64,000 nt of DNA. Origin: Malacoraja senta. Its lineage: Eukaryota. The DNA lies in contig CM075978.1 in the NCBI GenBank assembly GCA_038087875.1, positions 120,218,001-120,282,000 of the forward strand, written 5' to 3'. Made by a program: the position numbers and the translations under genes. The notes beneath the pieces were generated by a model. That model did not search any database and was not told the DNA's origin. It saw only the letters and a list, made by a program, of their open reading frames with translations. Shown here piece by piece: positions 1 to 12,547 of this stretch. How positions within the stretch are numbered: position 1 is the stretch's first letter; every line of letters starts with the position of its first letter.

Positions 1-334
1 TGTTCCCGATGTTGGGGAAGTCCAGGACAAGGGGTCACAGCTTAAGGATAAGGGGGAAATCCTTTAAGACCGAGATGAGGAAAAACTTTTTCACACAGAG
101 AGTGGTGAATCTCTGGAACTCTCTGCCACAGAGGGTAGTTGAGGCCAGTTCATTGGCTATATTTAAGAGGGAGTTAGATGTGGCCTTTGTGGCTAAAGGG
201 ATCAGGGGGTATGGAGAGAAGGCAGGTACGGGATACTGAGTTGGATGATCAGCCATGATCATATTGAATGGCGGTGCAGGCTCGAAGGGCCGAATGGCCT
301 ACTCCTGCACCTATTTTCTATGTATTTATGTATC
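1..334 (+). mobile_element. CR1-clade LINE 3' end (young subfamily)
   Basis: ORF2 C-terminus (TRGHSLRIRG..FFTQRVVNLWNSLP), then 3' UTR ending in a (ctatgt)-like tail; near-identical to copies at ~30030-30360 and ~52640-52965. Confidence 0.9.
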
Positions 335-3300
335 TAAGAACACTCCAATTTCACATAAAAATAATTGATGGAGGTTCAAGCTGAATTGAAAACTTGTTTA
401 TAAACAAGTAATTGAAAGGTCAGTTTATCAAAACCACCAAATTGTGTTTAAAATTTCTCAACCTAAAAAGGTATTTTAGATCTGACAAGTCTTTAAAATT
501 TTGTGAAGTATAGACACTTCAAAATAGAGACTTTGAGACTGTCAAACAATTTATTTCAAAAAAGATGTTTTATGGCACATAGATCTGAAAGATGTATATT
601 ACTTAGTGTTTGTTCATTTATAAGATAAAATTATCTAAAGGAACAATTATGGCAATTCAAAGTTCTGTCTAACGGGTTAACTTCAGTCCCTAGAAATTCA
701 CTAAATTGGTAAAACCAATTTTGCGGCTAATTAGAGTGTAAGGACAGAAGTGGATGGCTTAACTGGATGATGTCCTAATTAGGACGAACAAGAGAATTCG
801 TGAGTTATCTCTCTCAAATTATTCAAACCACTTTTGAAAGTTGGGTTTAATTCATCCAGAGAGAAATTAAGTTAACGATACTTACAACAATTGATTATTT
901 GAATCAATTGAAAAGGTAGTAATTTACCCAGGGTAAAGGGTAAAGCTAATTGATGGTTGTATTAAGCAGTTGGAAAAGCAACAATCTTCAATTAAGACAG
1001 GTGGCCAGCTTGTTAGGAGAATTAGTGTTATTTCCAGCAATACAATATGGGCCATTGGACTACCAGCAGCTGCAGACTGCAAAAAGAAAAAAACACTAAG
1101 ATGCATGATGGCCATTTTTTGATAGGCTATGCAATTAAACAACAAATGCTGCTTCTGATTGCAGTAGTGGATTTAACATGTCTTCAGTAGTTCAAGCAAG
1201 ATACGGATTGAACAGCCTTCCATGGTCTTAACAGACTGATATCAGTGTACTAGGATTGGTGCCACTGAAAAGGTATCCATCTGTGGACAGGGAATATGGA
1301 AGAAGTATTATTTTACAGACATGGAGAATCGACGTTTTAAAGTCTATTGGAAGGCTTATGAGCTACAAGCTTGTTAAATACAACTAATCTGCATGTTCAG
1401 TTTCAAATTAACAACACTACAGCAATGGCATGTATTAATTGTATGGGTGGAATTTCCATGATAACAAAGAATGGATGTTTAACCTTAAGATTTTTTAATG
1501 ATATAATAGTCAGATTTGGGAAGCCAGATATGACTTGTTTCCATCCAGACTCAATCACCAGTTACAGAGATATGTGTTATGGGACTACATCAGGAGACGG
1601 TAGCGATGGATGTTTCTCGCTATATTAGGATGGTATGTTGTTATATGCATTTTACTTCATCCTGTCTCATAAATCGGTGTCTGCTTAAAACGAAGCAGTA
1701 TGCTGCCTCTGGGGTATTCATGGTACCAGACGGGTCTACGCAGCCATGGTTCCTTTGATATTGGAATTTATGACACAGTTTCTGATAAATGTTCCCAAAA
1801 GAAGGAAGTTACTGGTGTATTCGATAATTGGAGAGTAACATCCGTCATATGCCTGTATGGATGCAGGTTTTAAAAAAGAGGATTGTCTGGGCATGCTGTG
1901 GACATGCTTACAGCAGTCTGGCGGAAGAGTACTCAAAAGCAGTACATTTGTGAATCTGAGTTGTGACTGTAAATACTGCTTTCCCATTATGTAAAGAATG
2001 AGGGGAAAAAATGTCTGTGTATAAAAGAATATGGAATGTTGTACGGCACATGTCTCAAATATCTTGGATTGACCTCTATTTAATGGGTTGAGGTATAGTG
2101 CGATTTATTCACACAGAAGTATATTATTCCTCGTTTTTATTTGATGAGGTTGGAAAGACATCCTGTTGAGTCTCGTTCTTTTATTTCCAGATTAATGAAA
2201 GGAATTTTAATTCCAGACCTAAACCTAGGAGGGAATCTGGAATATAGAATTGTTTTAAGCTACTTCATCAAAGGAGTCTTGGTACGATTCTGATTTGGCC
2301 AAGTTCAGCATGAAGGTAGTCATGTTTATGGCACTTGTAACATTACAAAGTTACAGATACACAGAAGTACCTCAGGATTATGTTATGTTTTACATTTTAT
2401 GAACTACTCAAATGAAGTAGGATCAAGTGTGACAGAATTCAAGATTGTTTTATTAACATATTGTATGGATCCATATCTATATGTTAAGACATATTTATTG
2501 CAAAAAATTGAGGCTACAAAGATCTTATGAAATATGAAAACAAGATTGTTTATCATTCACGAAAAACCATACAAGATAGTGTCAGTTTAGACTATTTTAA
2601 GATGGTTAAAAACAAGTTTTAGTTGCTGCACGTGTGAACATTGATGGTTTTACATTCCATTCAGTTTAGCAGCAACATTGACGACCAGGGCGAAGGAAGT
2701 CCCGTCGATCATATTCTCACAGCCGCCGGGTGATCTAATAAGTTGGTGTTTCAACACTTTTACCATCGGGCTATTGCCAATACGGGGCTGTTTGCAGATA
2801 CTATATTAAGTTCTGCTTAATTTTCCCTGCGTTAAAGGGGATACTATTAATTCTTTTATTCAAATAAATGAATTACTGCATTTGTGGTACAAATGTTATT
2901 ATTAATGCATTATTGAATATTCTCGTTCCGAGTCAATCAATGCAGTGAGAAGCCGGGATTTGTCTGCGGCATGAAATCACAAAGCTTTAAAATCTTCACG
3001 TAGTCACTCACGTGACTCCGAAGTAAAATAGTAAGATTAAACGAGAACTTACCTAAGTTTGAAGTTTGATCTTTATTTTATGAGGAGTTACGTTGGTGAT
3101 TACGTGCCCACCACGACCCAACCCTCTATCATAAAGGTCAGATGGAAGTTCTTGTATTACTCGTTTTGTTATGATACTATATTACTTCACTTGTTGTTTT
3201 TTGTGATTTCACACCGCTGCTTCGAAGATTGACGCGCAGGCGCACTGGCGGGGTTCTTCACGTAATCACCAACGTAACTCCTCATAAAATAAAGATCAAA

Positions 3301-3338
3301 CTTCAAACTTGGGTAAGTTCTCGTTTAATCTTACTATT
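335..3338 (+). mobile_element. Degenerate DIRS-type tyrosine-recombinase retrotransposon (3' portion)
   Basis: Broken RT motifs (HFKIET, IDLKDVY, WQFKVLSNGL, *LDDVLI at ~520-780). RNase H motif HVQFQINNTTAMACINCMGG (~1392-1452). YR C-terminus DHILTAAG*SNKLVFQHFY (~2707-2763). 80-bp terminal complementary repeat pair at 3027-3106 and 3259-3338. Confidence 0.88.
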
Positions 3339-3813
3339 CTTGAGTGGCCAATCACCCGATCTGAACCCAATTGAGCATGCCTTTTATATGCTGAAGAGAA
3401 TACTGAAGGGGACTAGCCCCCAAAACAAGCATAAGCTAAAGATGGCTGCAATACAGGCCTGGAAGAGCATCACCAGAGAAGACGCCCAGCAACTGGTGAT
3501 ATCCATGAATCGCAGACTTCAATCAGTCATTGCATGCAAAGGATATGCAATAAAATACTAAACATGACTACTTTCATTTACATGACATTGTTGTGTCCCA
3601 AACATTATGGTGCCCTGAAATGGGGGGACTATGTATAAACACTGCTGTAATTTCTACATGGTGAAACCAAAATGTATAAAAGTGGCCTTTATTAAAATCT
3701 GACAATGTGCACTTTAACCACATGATTTTTTCTATTACAAACCTCAAATTGTGGAGTACAGAGGCATATAAATAAATGATGGGTCTTTGTCCCAAACATT
3801 ATGGAGGGCACTG
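3339..3813 (+). mobile_element. Tc1/mariner transposon 3' remnant with IR/DR-type right end
   Basis: Transposase motif QSPDLNPIEH...SMNRRLQSVIACKGYAIKY*. Direct repeat tgtcccaaacattatgg at ~3594 and ~3788. Ends ...GGGCACTG at 3813. Confidence 0.9.
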
Positions 3814-3972
3814 CATATGTGCTCTGTTCAGTTATTTAAGGTTCATACCATTCTTGTAGCTTTACCTTCCCATTGGAAATATGGCTTGACCTTGATTAAA
3901 TAAAGGCCAACTGGTGCTTTTGAAGCTCTGCTACATGCATAACTTGAGATTTTTTTTAGTAATCATACTTGA

Positions 3973-3981
<9 letters not shown>

Positions 3982-4017
<36 letters not shown>

Positions 4018-4019
4018 CC
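3982..4019. repeat. (CT)n microsatellite
   Basis: Directly visible dinucleotide run. Confidence 0.95.
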
Positions 4020-5526
4020 TACAAAATGTTCTCGTTCTTACTGTTAATACATAAGTCTCTCTGCATTCCTGCTACCTAAATAATAACATCTCAGTCTTGT
4101 ACCCAAAACTACAGATCTGCAGTTATTCCAATTAAATTTCTACATTGCAATATCTGCATGATCAGAATGTGCCTATTGGAATGTGGTGCTGTTGAGGTTT
4201 GCTTCTTTATTATGGAATAAACACTTTGGATATCCTCACCCTGAATGCCTGTTCCTGGTCCAGTTCGATTCACCGCATTTTTATTCTGTACTATGATGAT
4301 GCATTTTCAGTAACTTTCTATAGTAAATAATAAGTTTTATTTTAATTTGCATTGAGATTCATTATTGACCTTCAATAAATACCTGGGTAAAACGCATTCC
4401 AACTCGGGCTGCAATTGCTGTAATGTGTGCTTTTCTAACTTAGTGTGGCTATTTCGTTTGTATGTATATTTTTATTTCCTAATGAGTTTACATTGTCAAA
4501 ACCTAATTGCTTGCCAGCACAAGCCCAGGCATGAGTATTTTATAACTGTACTTTGGCTGTTGTGTTGTGTCTGTTCTACTCCCTACTCCCTTGCTTAAAA
4601 ATAAGCTTATAGTGGGAACAAAAGCACTGTATAGACCGAACGTCCCTTCTCAAACAGTAGACAGGACTGTCCATTTGTCCTCCGGATTTAAATAAAAAAT
4701 AGTTACTGCTTCCATTTAAAATAGGAACAAGAAACTGCATATACTGGAATCTTGAGGAAAACACAAAGTGCAGGAGGAAAGCGACATGTCAGGCAGCATG
4801 TGTGGAGGGAATGACAATTGGCCTGAAGAAGGGTCCCGACCCAAAATGTCGTCTGTCCGTCCATTCATTCCCCCCACAGATGCTGCCTGACCTGATGAGT
4901 TCCTCCAGCACTTTGTATTTTACCATTTAGTGTAGTTATTTTCTGCTTATTAAATACATTTGTATCCAAAACCACTTACTTTAGAAAGTTATTTTAATAT
5001 GATATCATTTCTGAATATTTGAAATAAGTGGAAAAGGGTATATTGTTGGAAGTAGTCAGTGTCGAGAACAGCAATCTGAAGGGTATCTTAAGGTGAGGTT
5101 CTGGCACTCAGATGGGCAGAGGAAAAGGTTAGGCCTTTCAGTTCTTTATGATGTGGTATCTCATGTTTAAGTAAATATTTTAATAGAACATAGTTGGGGA
5201 TAAATTTAATTTGTACTATTTTATAGTTAAGGCAGATCACTAATCAACGATTTGCAGTTATGAGTTATATTAAAGTTAGCTTACAGTATTATTCCAGTAG
5301 TGAATATAGCTATTAGGTAATATCTTCCAAGTTATATCAAATTTCAGTAGTAAGCAACAGAAAAGTGGCCCCTTTGCTAAATTAGTCCATGCTGGGTTTA
5401 TGCTTGAACCTTCTCATCCTTTACACTTTAACCATAATCTTTGTTCCTCAATGCTTTTCTACTTGGCTTTTAAATGCATTGTATTTGCATCCTGAAGTTG
5501 AGTATCCCATTATTACTGCACCCTTT

Positions 5527-5820
5527 AGATTTTAAAAATACAGAGTGGAAACATACCCGTCGGCCCACCATGTCCATTCCGATCAGTAATCACCCCATAC
5601 ATTCGCACTATCCTACACACTAGGGACCAATTAAAATTTACAGAAGCCAATTAACCTACAAACCTGTACGTCTTTGGATTGTGGGTGGAAACTGGAGCAC
5701 CCAGAGAAAACCCTTGTGGTCACGTATAAACTCCGTATAGACGGCATCTATAGTCAGGATTGAACCTGGGTCTCTGGAGTTGTTGGGTAGCAACTATACC
5801 GCTGCGTCACTGTGCCACCC
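5527..5820 (-). mobile_element. tRNA-derived V-SINE (HE1-like)
   Basis: Reverse complement has a tRNA-like head (ggtggcacagtg...ggttcaatcctgac), the V-core (ctccagtttcc.cccaca.tccaaagacgt) and a CR1-like tail. Similar copies lie at ~24300-24587(-), 37297-37510(-), 37693-38122(-), 38385-38670(+) and 51640-51840(-). Confidence 0.8.
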
Positions 5821-6804
5821 TTAGTTACCAAGAAATTCACAAGCATTATTTACTATCTTGTTTTGATGGGATTGCCTCCTCTCAGATGGTGATGCTCCTT
5901 GTGTCAACTCAAAAGCCATCAGAATTTTAGACCTCCATTAGATCTCTCAGCCATTCCAAAAGAACCTCAGAACTAATCTTTCCTGATAATTGCAACCTTT
6001 GCATTTCTGTTATCCTTTGAGTGATTTTCATCCTTCCTAATATCTTTCTCAAATGGAGCAACTAGAAAACCAAACATAGTACTGCAAGTATGACCTAACC
6101 AAGATCCAAGATAGCTTATCTCCATTTTCATTGAAGGCTTTATTAAGGTGTGTTGCTATTTTTGATCATTTATCTTTGTGCATCCCCAGATCTCTTCTAC
6201 CATTTAGATTCCTATTTTGCAAGAATTACTTACCACTCCACTTGAACATATTAGCAAATTAATTTCCGGCTGCTTGGTTATTAGTTTTATTGCGACATTG
6301 CTGTCCTCCTCCATGCTAACTACCCTGTTCCCCTCCATATCTGGAGTTGTGTGCAAATTTGGAAATCCTATTTCTAAAGTCGTTGATATAAATCATGAAA
6401 AACCTGCCTTGTTTGGCCCACGTTTTAGTTCCTGACACTTTGTGTAAGGTGCACCTTATCCTCAGTTCTGCTCTTGTCCTGCAGCTGCCAAATCATCTAT
6501 CTTCAGTCTGAAGAAGGGTTTCGACCTGAAACTTCACCTGTTCCTTTTCTCCAGAGATGCTGCCTGACCCGATGAGTTACTCCAGCACTTTGTGTCTATA
6601 AACCATCTATACTGCTTTCTGACCTAACTCCATATGAATGTTTGCAGGCATTTGAACGTGAAGGTCGATTGACTGAAGATATGCTGCATCCAAAGCTAAA
6701 CTAATAAAGATTGCAAAAGAAGGGGTTCTTAATTTGATTTCTTGCATTAGCACCATATTGATGTATCTGCTTTGTATTAAAAGTGCTACGTCTTTGTTTT
6801 CCAG

Positions 6805-6884
6805 CCTCTGTTGGTATGCGATGGATGATCGGAATGACAGAAATACAAAAGGGCTCCAGCTACGGTAACAATGAAATGAAGTAA
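6805..6884 (+). CDS. AGPAT4: Terminal coding exon of 1-acylglycerol-3-phosphate O-acyltransferase 4-like gene
   Basis: Pyrimidine tract plus ccag acceptor ending 6804. Translates (A)SVGMRWMIGMTEIQKGSSYGNNEMK*, matching the remembered AGPAT4 C-terminus (ASVGVRWMIGVTEIDKGSAYGN). Tail-to-tail position with MAP3K4 matches mammalian synteny and favours AGPAT4 over paralogue AGPAT3. Confidence 0.88.
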
Positions 6885-7640
6885 AATAATTAATTTCCAT
6901 GGAGACTGGTAGTACTTCAAAATGGAGCTAAAATATATTTTTTGAAGAGAACTTGCGGCAGATGCTAGGGTTGGAGGACGATGCATCTAAATTACTGTGC
7001 TTCTTTTGTGAGCAGATCACTGTATGGAACGGTATCTTAATCTGCGTAAAAAGGATAGGATGAATTTTATATCCTTTATGATGTATGTGATGCATGAAAC
7101 CATTGACACAGTAATGAGACATGGTGAAATTGGATGTTGTTGGAGAATGCCACACTAATAGTGCCACTAAAAGATCTGACGTATTGAGGCTTTCGATATT
7201 ATGACATTTCAATCTAAATGGAAATTACCTTTTTTCAAAAAAGTGGTGTAACTGAAGAATTCAGTCTTTTTCTAATAACATAAAAATGTGCTTCTAACTT
7301 ATTTAAATGCATTTGTATTTTACTGAATTTGAGTCATCCTTTAGTGTTACAGAATGCATCTTTTATCACCATAGTTGCTAAAATATTTGAGATACTGATC
7401 CATCCTTGCCAGAAAAGAAATAGATTCTGACTGGCTTAATGCTGCTGCAGGTTGTTGTCACAAAATGAGTGAACATTAATTGGCTTAGAACCTTTGAATC
7501 GTGCAACATTTACATGTGGACGGAGATGGTTTTCCCCACTTTGTCTGTGTGGGTCAAGGAAGAGCTACCGAGAATAAGCCCACCTTCAGCAGTGTGTCCA
7601 GAGCTGTACAGCCTTGGACCCACCTTGTCCATGCCGACCA

Positions 7641-7977
7641 TGTAACGGAATAATTTACACTAGATGCGAGTGAATCAAACTGTAGCTACTTTATTAGCAA
7701 TAACTTGTCAGACAAGGAGAACAGCAAGAGACTGTTCTCCTTGTCTGACAAGTTATTGCTAATAAAGTAGCTACAGTTTGATAGTCATTCACGCCTGGTG
7801 AAAATTATTACAACAGTTTTGGAGGTTCCATCAAGATGTTTAAAATTATTATAGATGGTAGTGTTTATGCAAGTTTCTAGTTCCCCAATAGCATTCCAAT
7901 GAACTCTGGGGGGTTTCATAAAAGGGGCTAGTAATTGATCAATTAATTCTTCAATACAATTTAACATACTGGGGTAC
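7641..7977. mobile_element. Rearranged LTR-retroelement (ERV-like) remnant: two inverted LTR 3' ends plus tRNA-Gln-like PBS, inserted in a CR1 3' tail
   Basis: TGTAA...TTACA(ACA) ends. Perfect 51-bp inverted repeat at 7674-7724/7732-7782 containing AATAAA. TGGAGGTTCCATCAAGAT at 7820-7837 is 16/18 to the tRNA-Gln PBS TGGAGGTTCCACCGAGAT. Flanks are consecutive parts of an antisense CR1 tail. Confidence 0.7.
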
Positions 7978-8267
7978 TCCCATTTGCCCTCTAATCCATT
8001 CCCATCCATACATCTGTCCCAATGTCTATAAAAGCAGTAATTGTATCTGCTTCTGTAGCTACCTCTGACAGATCATTCCAGATACGGACTATCCTCCGAG
8101 TGGAAAATGTTGCCCCTGAGGTACCTCTTAAATCCCTTCCCTCTCACCTTTAGCCTATGCCCTCAAGTTCTTCTAGTACACACCAAGTGCTATTTAAATG
8201 AAGTGAGGGTTTGTGTCCCTGCCATTGTTCCAACCTGTATTCCAGACTCCTACCACACCCATCTCTC

Positions 8268-8720
8268 CTCAAGAGACAAGAGTGTTCTATTGTCATATGT
8301 CCCGGATGGGACAATGAAATTCTTACTTGCTGCAGCACAACAGAATATGTGAATATGTAAACATGGTACATAACGGGGGAAGAGAAAAAAAGAAAAAGTT
8401 CAATAAATAACAAATATGGTGCAATAATAATAGTCTTTTGCAGCTGAGCTTATTCGTTGTTGTGTTTAAAAGCCTGATGGCTGTAGGGAAGAAGCTGTTC
8501 CTGAACCTGGACGTTACAATTTTCAGTACCTTCTTCCTGATGGCAGTGGTGAGATGAGTGTGTGGCCAGGATGGTGTGGGTCCATGATGATTTTGGCTGC
8601 CTTTTTGAGGCAGCGACTACGATAGATCCCTTTAACGGGGAGGTCAAAGCCGGTGATGGACTGGGCAGTGGTCACAACTTTTTGTAGTCTTTTTCGCTGC
8701 TGGACGTCCTCGACATCCAT
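8268..8720 (-). mobile_element. Rex1/Babar-type LINE 3' fragment
   Basis: RKRLQKVVTTAQSITG...RCLKKAAKIIMDPHHPGHTLISPLPSGRRY, then tail gacaatagaacactcttg. Related pieces at ~25375-25715(-), 39740-40045(+), 53015-53216(-) and 59300-59445(+). Confidence 0.8.
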
Positions 8721-9369
8721 CTACCAATTTATTCAGTTCTCTGTTTCTAGGCAAGGCAAGTGTGTTTTAAAGTACAGAGAGAAGATTTGAGAGGACAAGA
8801 ATTCAGTGATGGGTGCAGACCAAAATTGTCAAAGTAACAAATACTTTACAAATGGCATTTAGTGCCAAAGAAAATTGAAATAAATTACATGTAAAGTGGA
8901 GAGAGCAAAACTTGGGTTAGCGGTTTGGGGCTAACTGAAGCCATCATATACTTGAGGTGGTGTTCCTCAAGCTTACCTTGGGTGGCATACGAGGCTTAGC
9001 AGTCAGCTCAGGGTGCTAACAGCAGACAATTAATATGACTAGCCTGTGAGGATCTTGTAATTCAGAAGACTAGATCTGGCAATCTTATTTCTTTTTGTGA
9101 CTTTACACTGACTTAAATCTCCTTATTCACTCTTATTGGTGATTTACCTTTTAAGTAGCTGTTTCCACTCTCAGGTCTGCTACATTACTTGGCTGGATAA
9201 AATTTACCTTCTCTGCTCCCCGCCCTGACTTAGAAGGTATTTTATTTTCTCATAACTGGGTTAAATCTAACTTCATTGGGATCAGTGCCAAATGTTTCTT
9301 TTAATTGATAATCCCATTTTCTTTTGGTTCTTTAGTTGCAGTCATTTGACCTCATTTAATGTGCTTTCT

Positions 9370-9560
9370 TTAATCATTATTGATAGTGCCCTTCTTATCC
9401 TTATATCCCCCTCTATTTGATCTAGAAATCTTGTAACCAGGAAAGTTAAGCGGCCAGCGGTTAGTTTCAGTAATAACTAAAATATACTTTTGTATATCTA
9501 CTAATGCCTTTAGCCCATCTGCACAGTTCAGTACGCTCCTTGCATTTTGGTACACACCAT
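9370..9560 (-). mobile_element. Old CR1 ORF2 endonuclease N-terminal fragment
   Basis: YQNARSVLN..DGLKAL...ITET..WPLNFPGY resembles the APE start YxNARSIxNKxDEL..AITETW..LNIPGY. Confidence 0.65.
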
Positions 9561-10811
9561 TTAAGCCAGACTTATTTTTGTATAGTTTCTATTCATTTTT
9601 TTGCTCTGCCCTCCATACTTCCTCCATTCTGACATCCCTGTCGGTCTGAAGTCTTCCCAGTGATGCTGGCAAGAGGGCATTGCACATCAGCAGGGCTGGG
9701 GCCAATATGCTGCCCTCCACAGGCCACTTTCCTCCTCAACTTACCTAGAATTGGTGCCAGGAGTGGAAAGCCCACTATCTCTGCAGCTGCCCTGTTCAGC
9801 TACACTCTTCCATTTCTATATTCATTGCTGCATCTGGATCTTTGCCCTACAGAATTTTGTTTGAGTGTATCCTGAACTGAAATGGGGCGCATCACCATGT
9901 ACCACAACCAAATCTTGTGCCTCAGACTGCCTGATCTATCTCTCATAATAGCATGCGGCTTTATCACCTGTTGAAGCTTATCCAATTATTCAAGCCAGAA
10001 TATGGTGCGGCACAGGGACAAAATAAGAGGAAGTGGAACCTAAAAGTGATTTCTTAACTGTAAAGTGTGAGTAAAATCTATTTGGAAAGACCTCATCAAC
10101 CTCTTCCTGTCTTCTAATTGTTAACATGTGAATTTGAACAGAGAGGTGTGCTTGATTTATTTTCCCTTTCATCAATAAGATTAACTGGCATAGAACTTCA
10201 CTGGACTTCAATATCTGAATGTAAACTCTTTCTTGTCGCCTTGAGGGGAAATTGCATTCCATTATTGATTGGGCGATAAGTATTATGACCAGAACATTAA
10301 CTGCTCAGGGAAAATACGACGCAATTCTCTCCATTATTGCTGCAGTCATCTAAACCATATTTCTGATGATTTTGAATGGAGGGACAACCATATCAGTCTA
10401 TACTGGCTATTTGCTTTCTGTTTCTTTTGAAAATGAAATAATTTCCTTGCTCTTTGGGGTAAGAAATTAAAAAATGTTGTATTTTAAGTTTATGCTCTGT
10501 CGTAACTACTTGAAATTTTCAGTGTTTTAAAATTTGTGCTTTTCTTCACCTCCCTGCTTTGCTGTCTGAGAATTCTTCATTGTAATTGTCTGCTCAACCA
10601 GTTTGCTGTCACAACTCCTGGATCTCAATAACCTCTTTGGATCTGATGGCATTAGATCTTTGTGGGCAACTTTCTTTGAGGTTAGAAACGAGTGCTGTGC
10701 ATCCACATAATTATCCTCACTAACCCAAGTTTTCAAGCATTGACCAAAAGAACCAATAACTGAGGAAGTACAAGTCAAATTGAACCTACAGTACGTTGTG
10801 TGAATATTAAC

Positions 10812-11271
10812 TTAAGAACATCTTGTGTTCTGGAATATCTTTGTGCAGCATTTTAACATTAACAAAATCTGAGCCCAGGTGGGTAGTGACTGGATTAATT
10901 CAAGGCAGTGTTTCCAATGGTGGAATGGTGCCCTCTGCTGGGGGCTGAGATTTAAACTTGTCGAGTGCAATTTGCAGGACCATGAAAACATTGTAAGCCT
11001 GCTACGCAATCCTTTGTAGTGCTACCTATTTATGTTCTTGGGTGAGTTCTATTCATAGCCTAACATCCACGATTTATCACTGTATGACAGGATGATTTTA
11101 GCTTCTCAGTGGAGACTAACTGTTAAAAGACATGTAGACAATGCATGGGATATCTTAGATGGGGCATCTTGGTCAGCATAGACAAGTTGGGCTGCGGGGC
11201 CTGTTCCTGTGCTGATAAAGTTAATGTTAAAATGCTGCACAAAGATATTCCAGAACACAAGATGTTCTTAA
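10812..11271. repeat. Perfect 52-bp inverted repeat with 356-bp spacer
   Basis: 10812-10863 is the exact reverse complement of 11220-11271. Confidence 0.95.
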
Positions 11272-12547
11272 TTTGCTTATAACATGTACAATAACACCAT
11301 CTGTCTCGTTTTCTCTCAGTTGTGATACTAAACCGCATGCAGCATTGACCAACTCTGCCTTTGTTGAAGTCTTTTTGGCTGCAACTTTGTTACATCTAGA
11401 CTTTATTACATTGGTGACCTCCCTCATTCTTTTCATAAACTCACCTGAAACTATGCTTATGATGTTTTCATCTGTTTGCTTATTGGTTTCCATTTGAAAA
11501 TTATAATTGTTCTTATCCTGGAGTTGTGTTGAATGTATTAGCAAATTTGAAGGGTTCATGAACAAGCATGTAATTAACAAACTTGGATGAGATTCTCACA
11601 CCTCCATGTTGTCCAGATCGAGGGGGCAGAGGTCATTGGGTGCCAACTACTTTAAAAGACAACCCCAGATGGGCAACATTTCAGGTCAAGACACTGCCAA
11701 AGATGAGCAGATTAATTAATTTCTGCAAACTTGGATTTTTACTTTTTTTAAATTAACATGTTCTTGCAATGCATTTATTATGGAAATTGAGCTACTGAAC
11801 AGCGCTTAACAAATGAGTATCTTCTTGAGCACTCTATTCATGGTTTTTGGGTGCCATTAATCAATATGTTCTTCAGTTTAGTCCCTTAATTTGTGCATAT
11901 GATTGATTAAAGGGGCAGGGGTAAATGTCCAAGTTTTAACTGCAGCATTAGTGGTAACAGCTACAAGCAACTTAAATTCCAGGCCAAACATTAACTGATA
12001 ATCTAAAGTAAAATAATGTGTATTCTGTAATCTTTGTTTTAAAATTCTAAATGTAACTAAATATTTAAAATTCCAGGAAATTATAACATTAATTATATTA
12101 CTCCTTCCCCAGTTCAACAGATGTCATGTTTGATTTCCCCATATTGAAATAAGTAGCTGAGCAAGTAGTCCATTCAAAACCTGATCAGAGGAGCATGTTC
12201 CAAAGCAGAAACACAATGGAATTCTCTCTCCACGTGGGAGGTCTGCTTCACCAGAGGACAGACCAGCCTGTGAATTCATCTTCCTCCTCCCTAAACATTC
12301 ACTCCATGTTCTACTGGGACTCCACTGTGTACTTCCTGCACATGTTCAATTGCATGAGCAGTCCTTTCCTAACCCTCTCGCAATCTAAAAGCCAGGGTAG
12401 CAAACACCTCACCACCTCTAATTGTACTGGTTCCAGATGCTTACCACTGCTGCCTTTCCAAAGCTAATTAAGGATGGATAACAAAAACTCCTTGGTCTTT
12501 TTAAGGTTATAGTATTTTGTGGACTGTTGGCTGCAACCTAGAATCAT

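Noticed and set aside
7725-7731. Hairpin loop resembling the synthetic shRNA loop TTCAAGAGA
   Set aside because: Only a partial match, with no vector or Pol III context and LTR-like arms; treated as coincidence.
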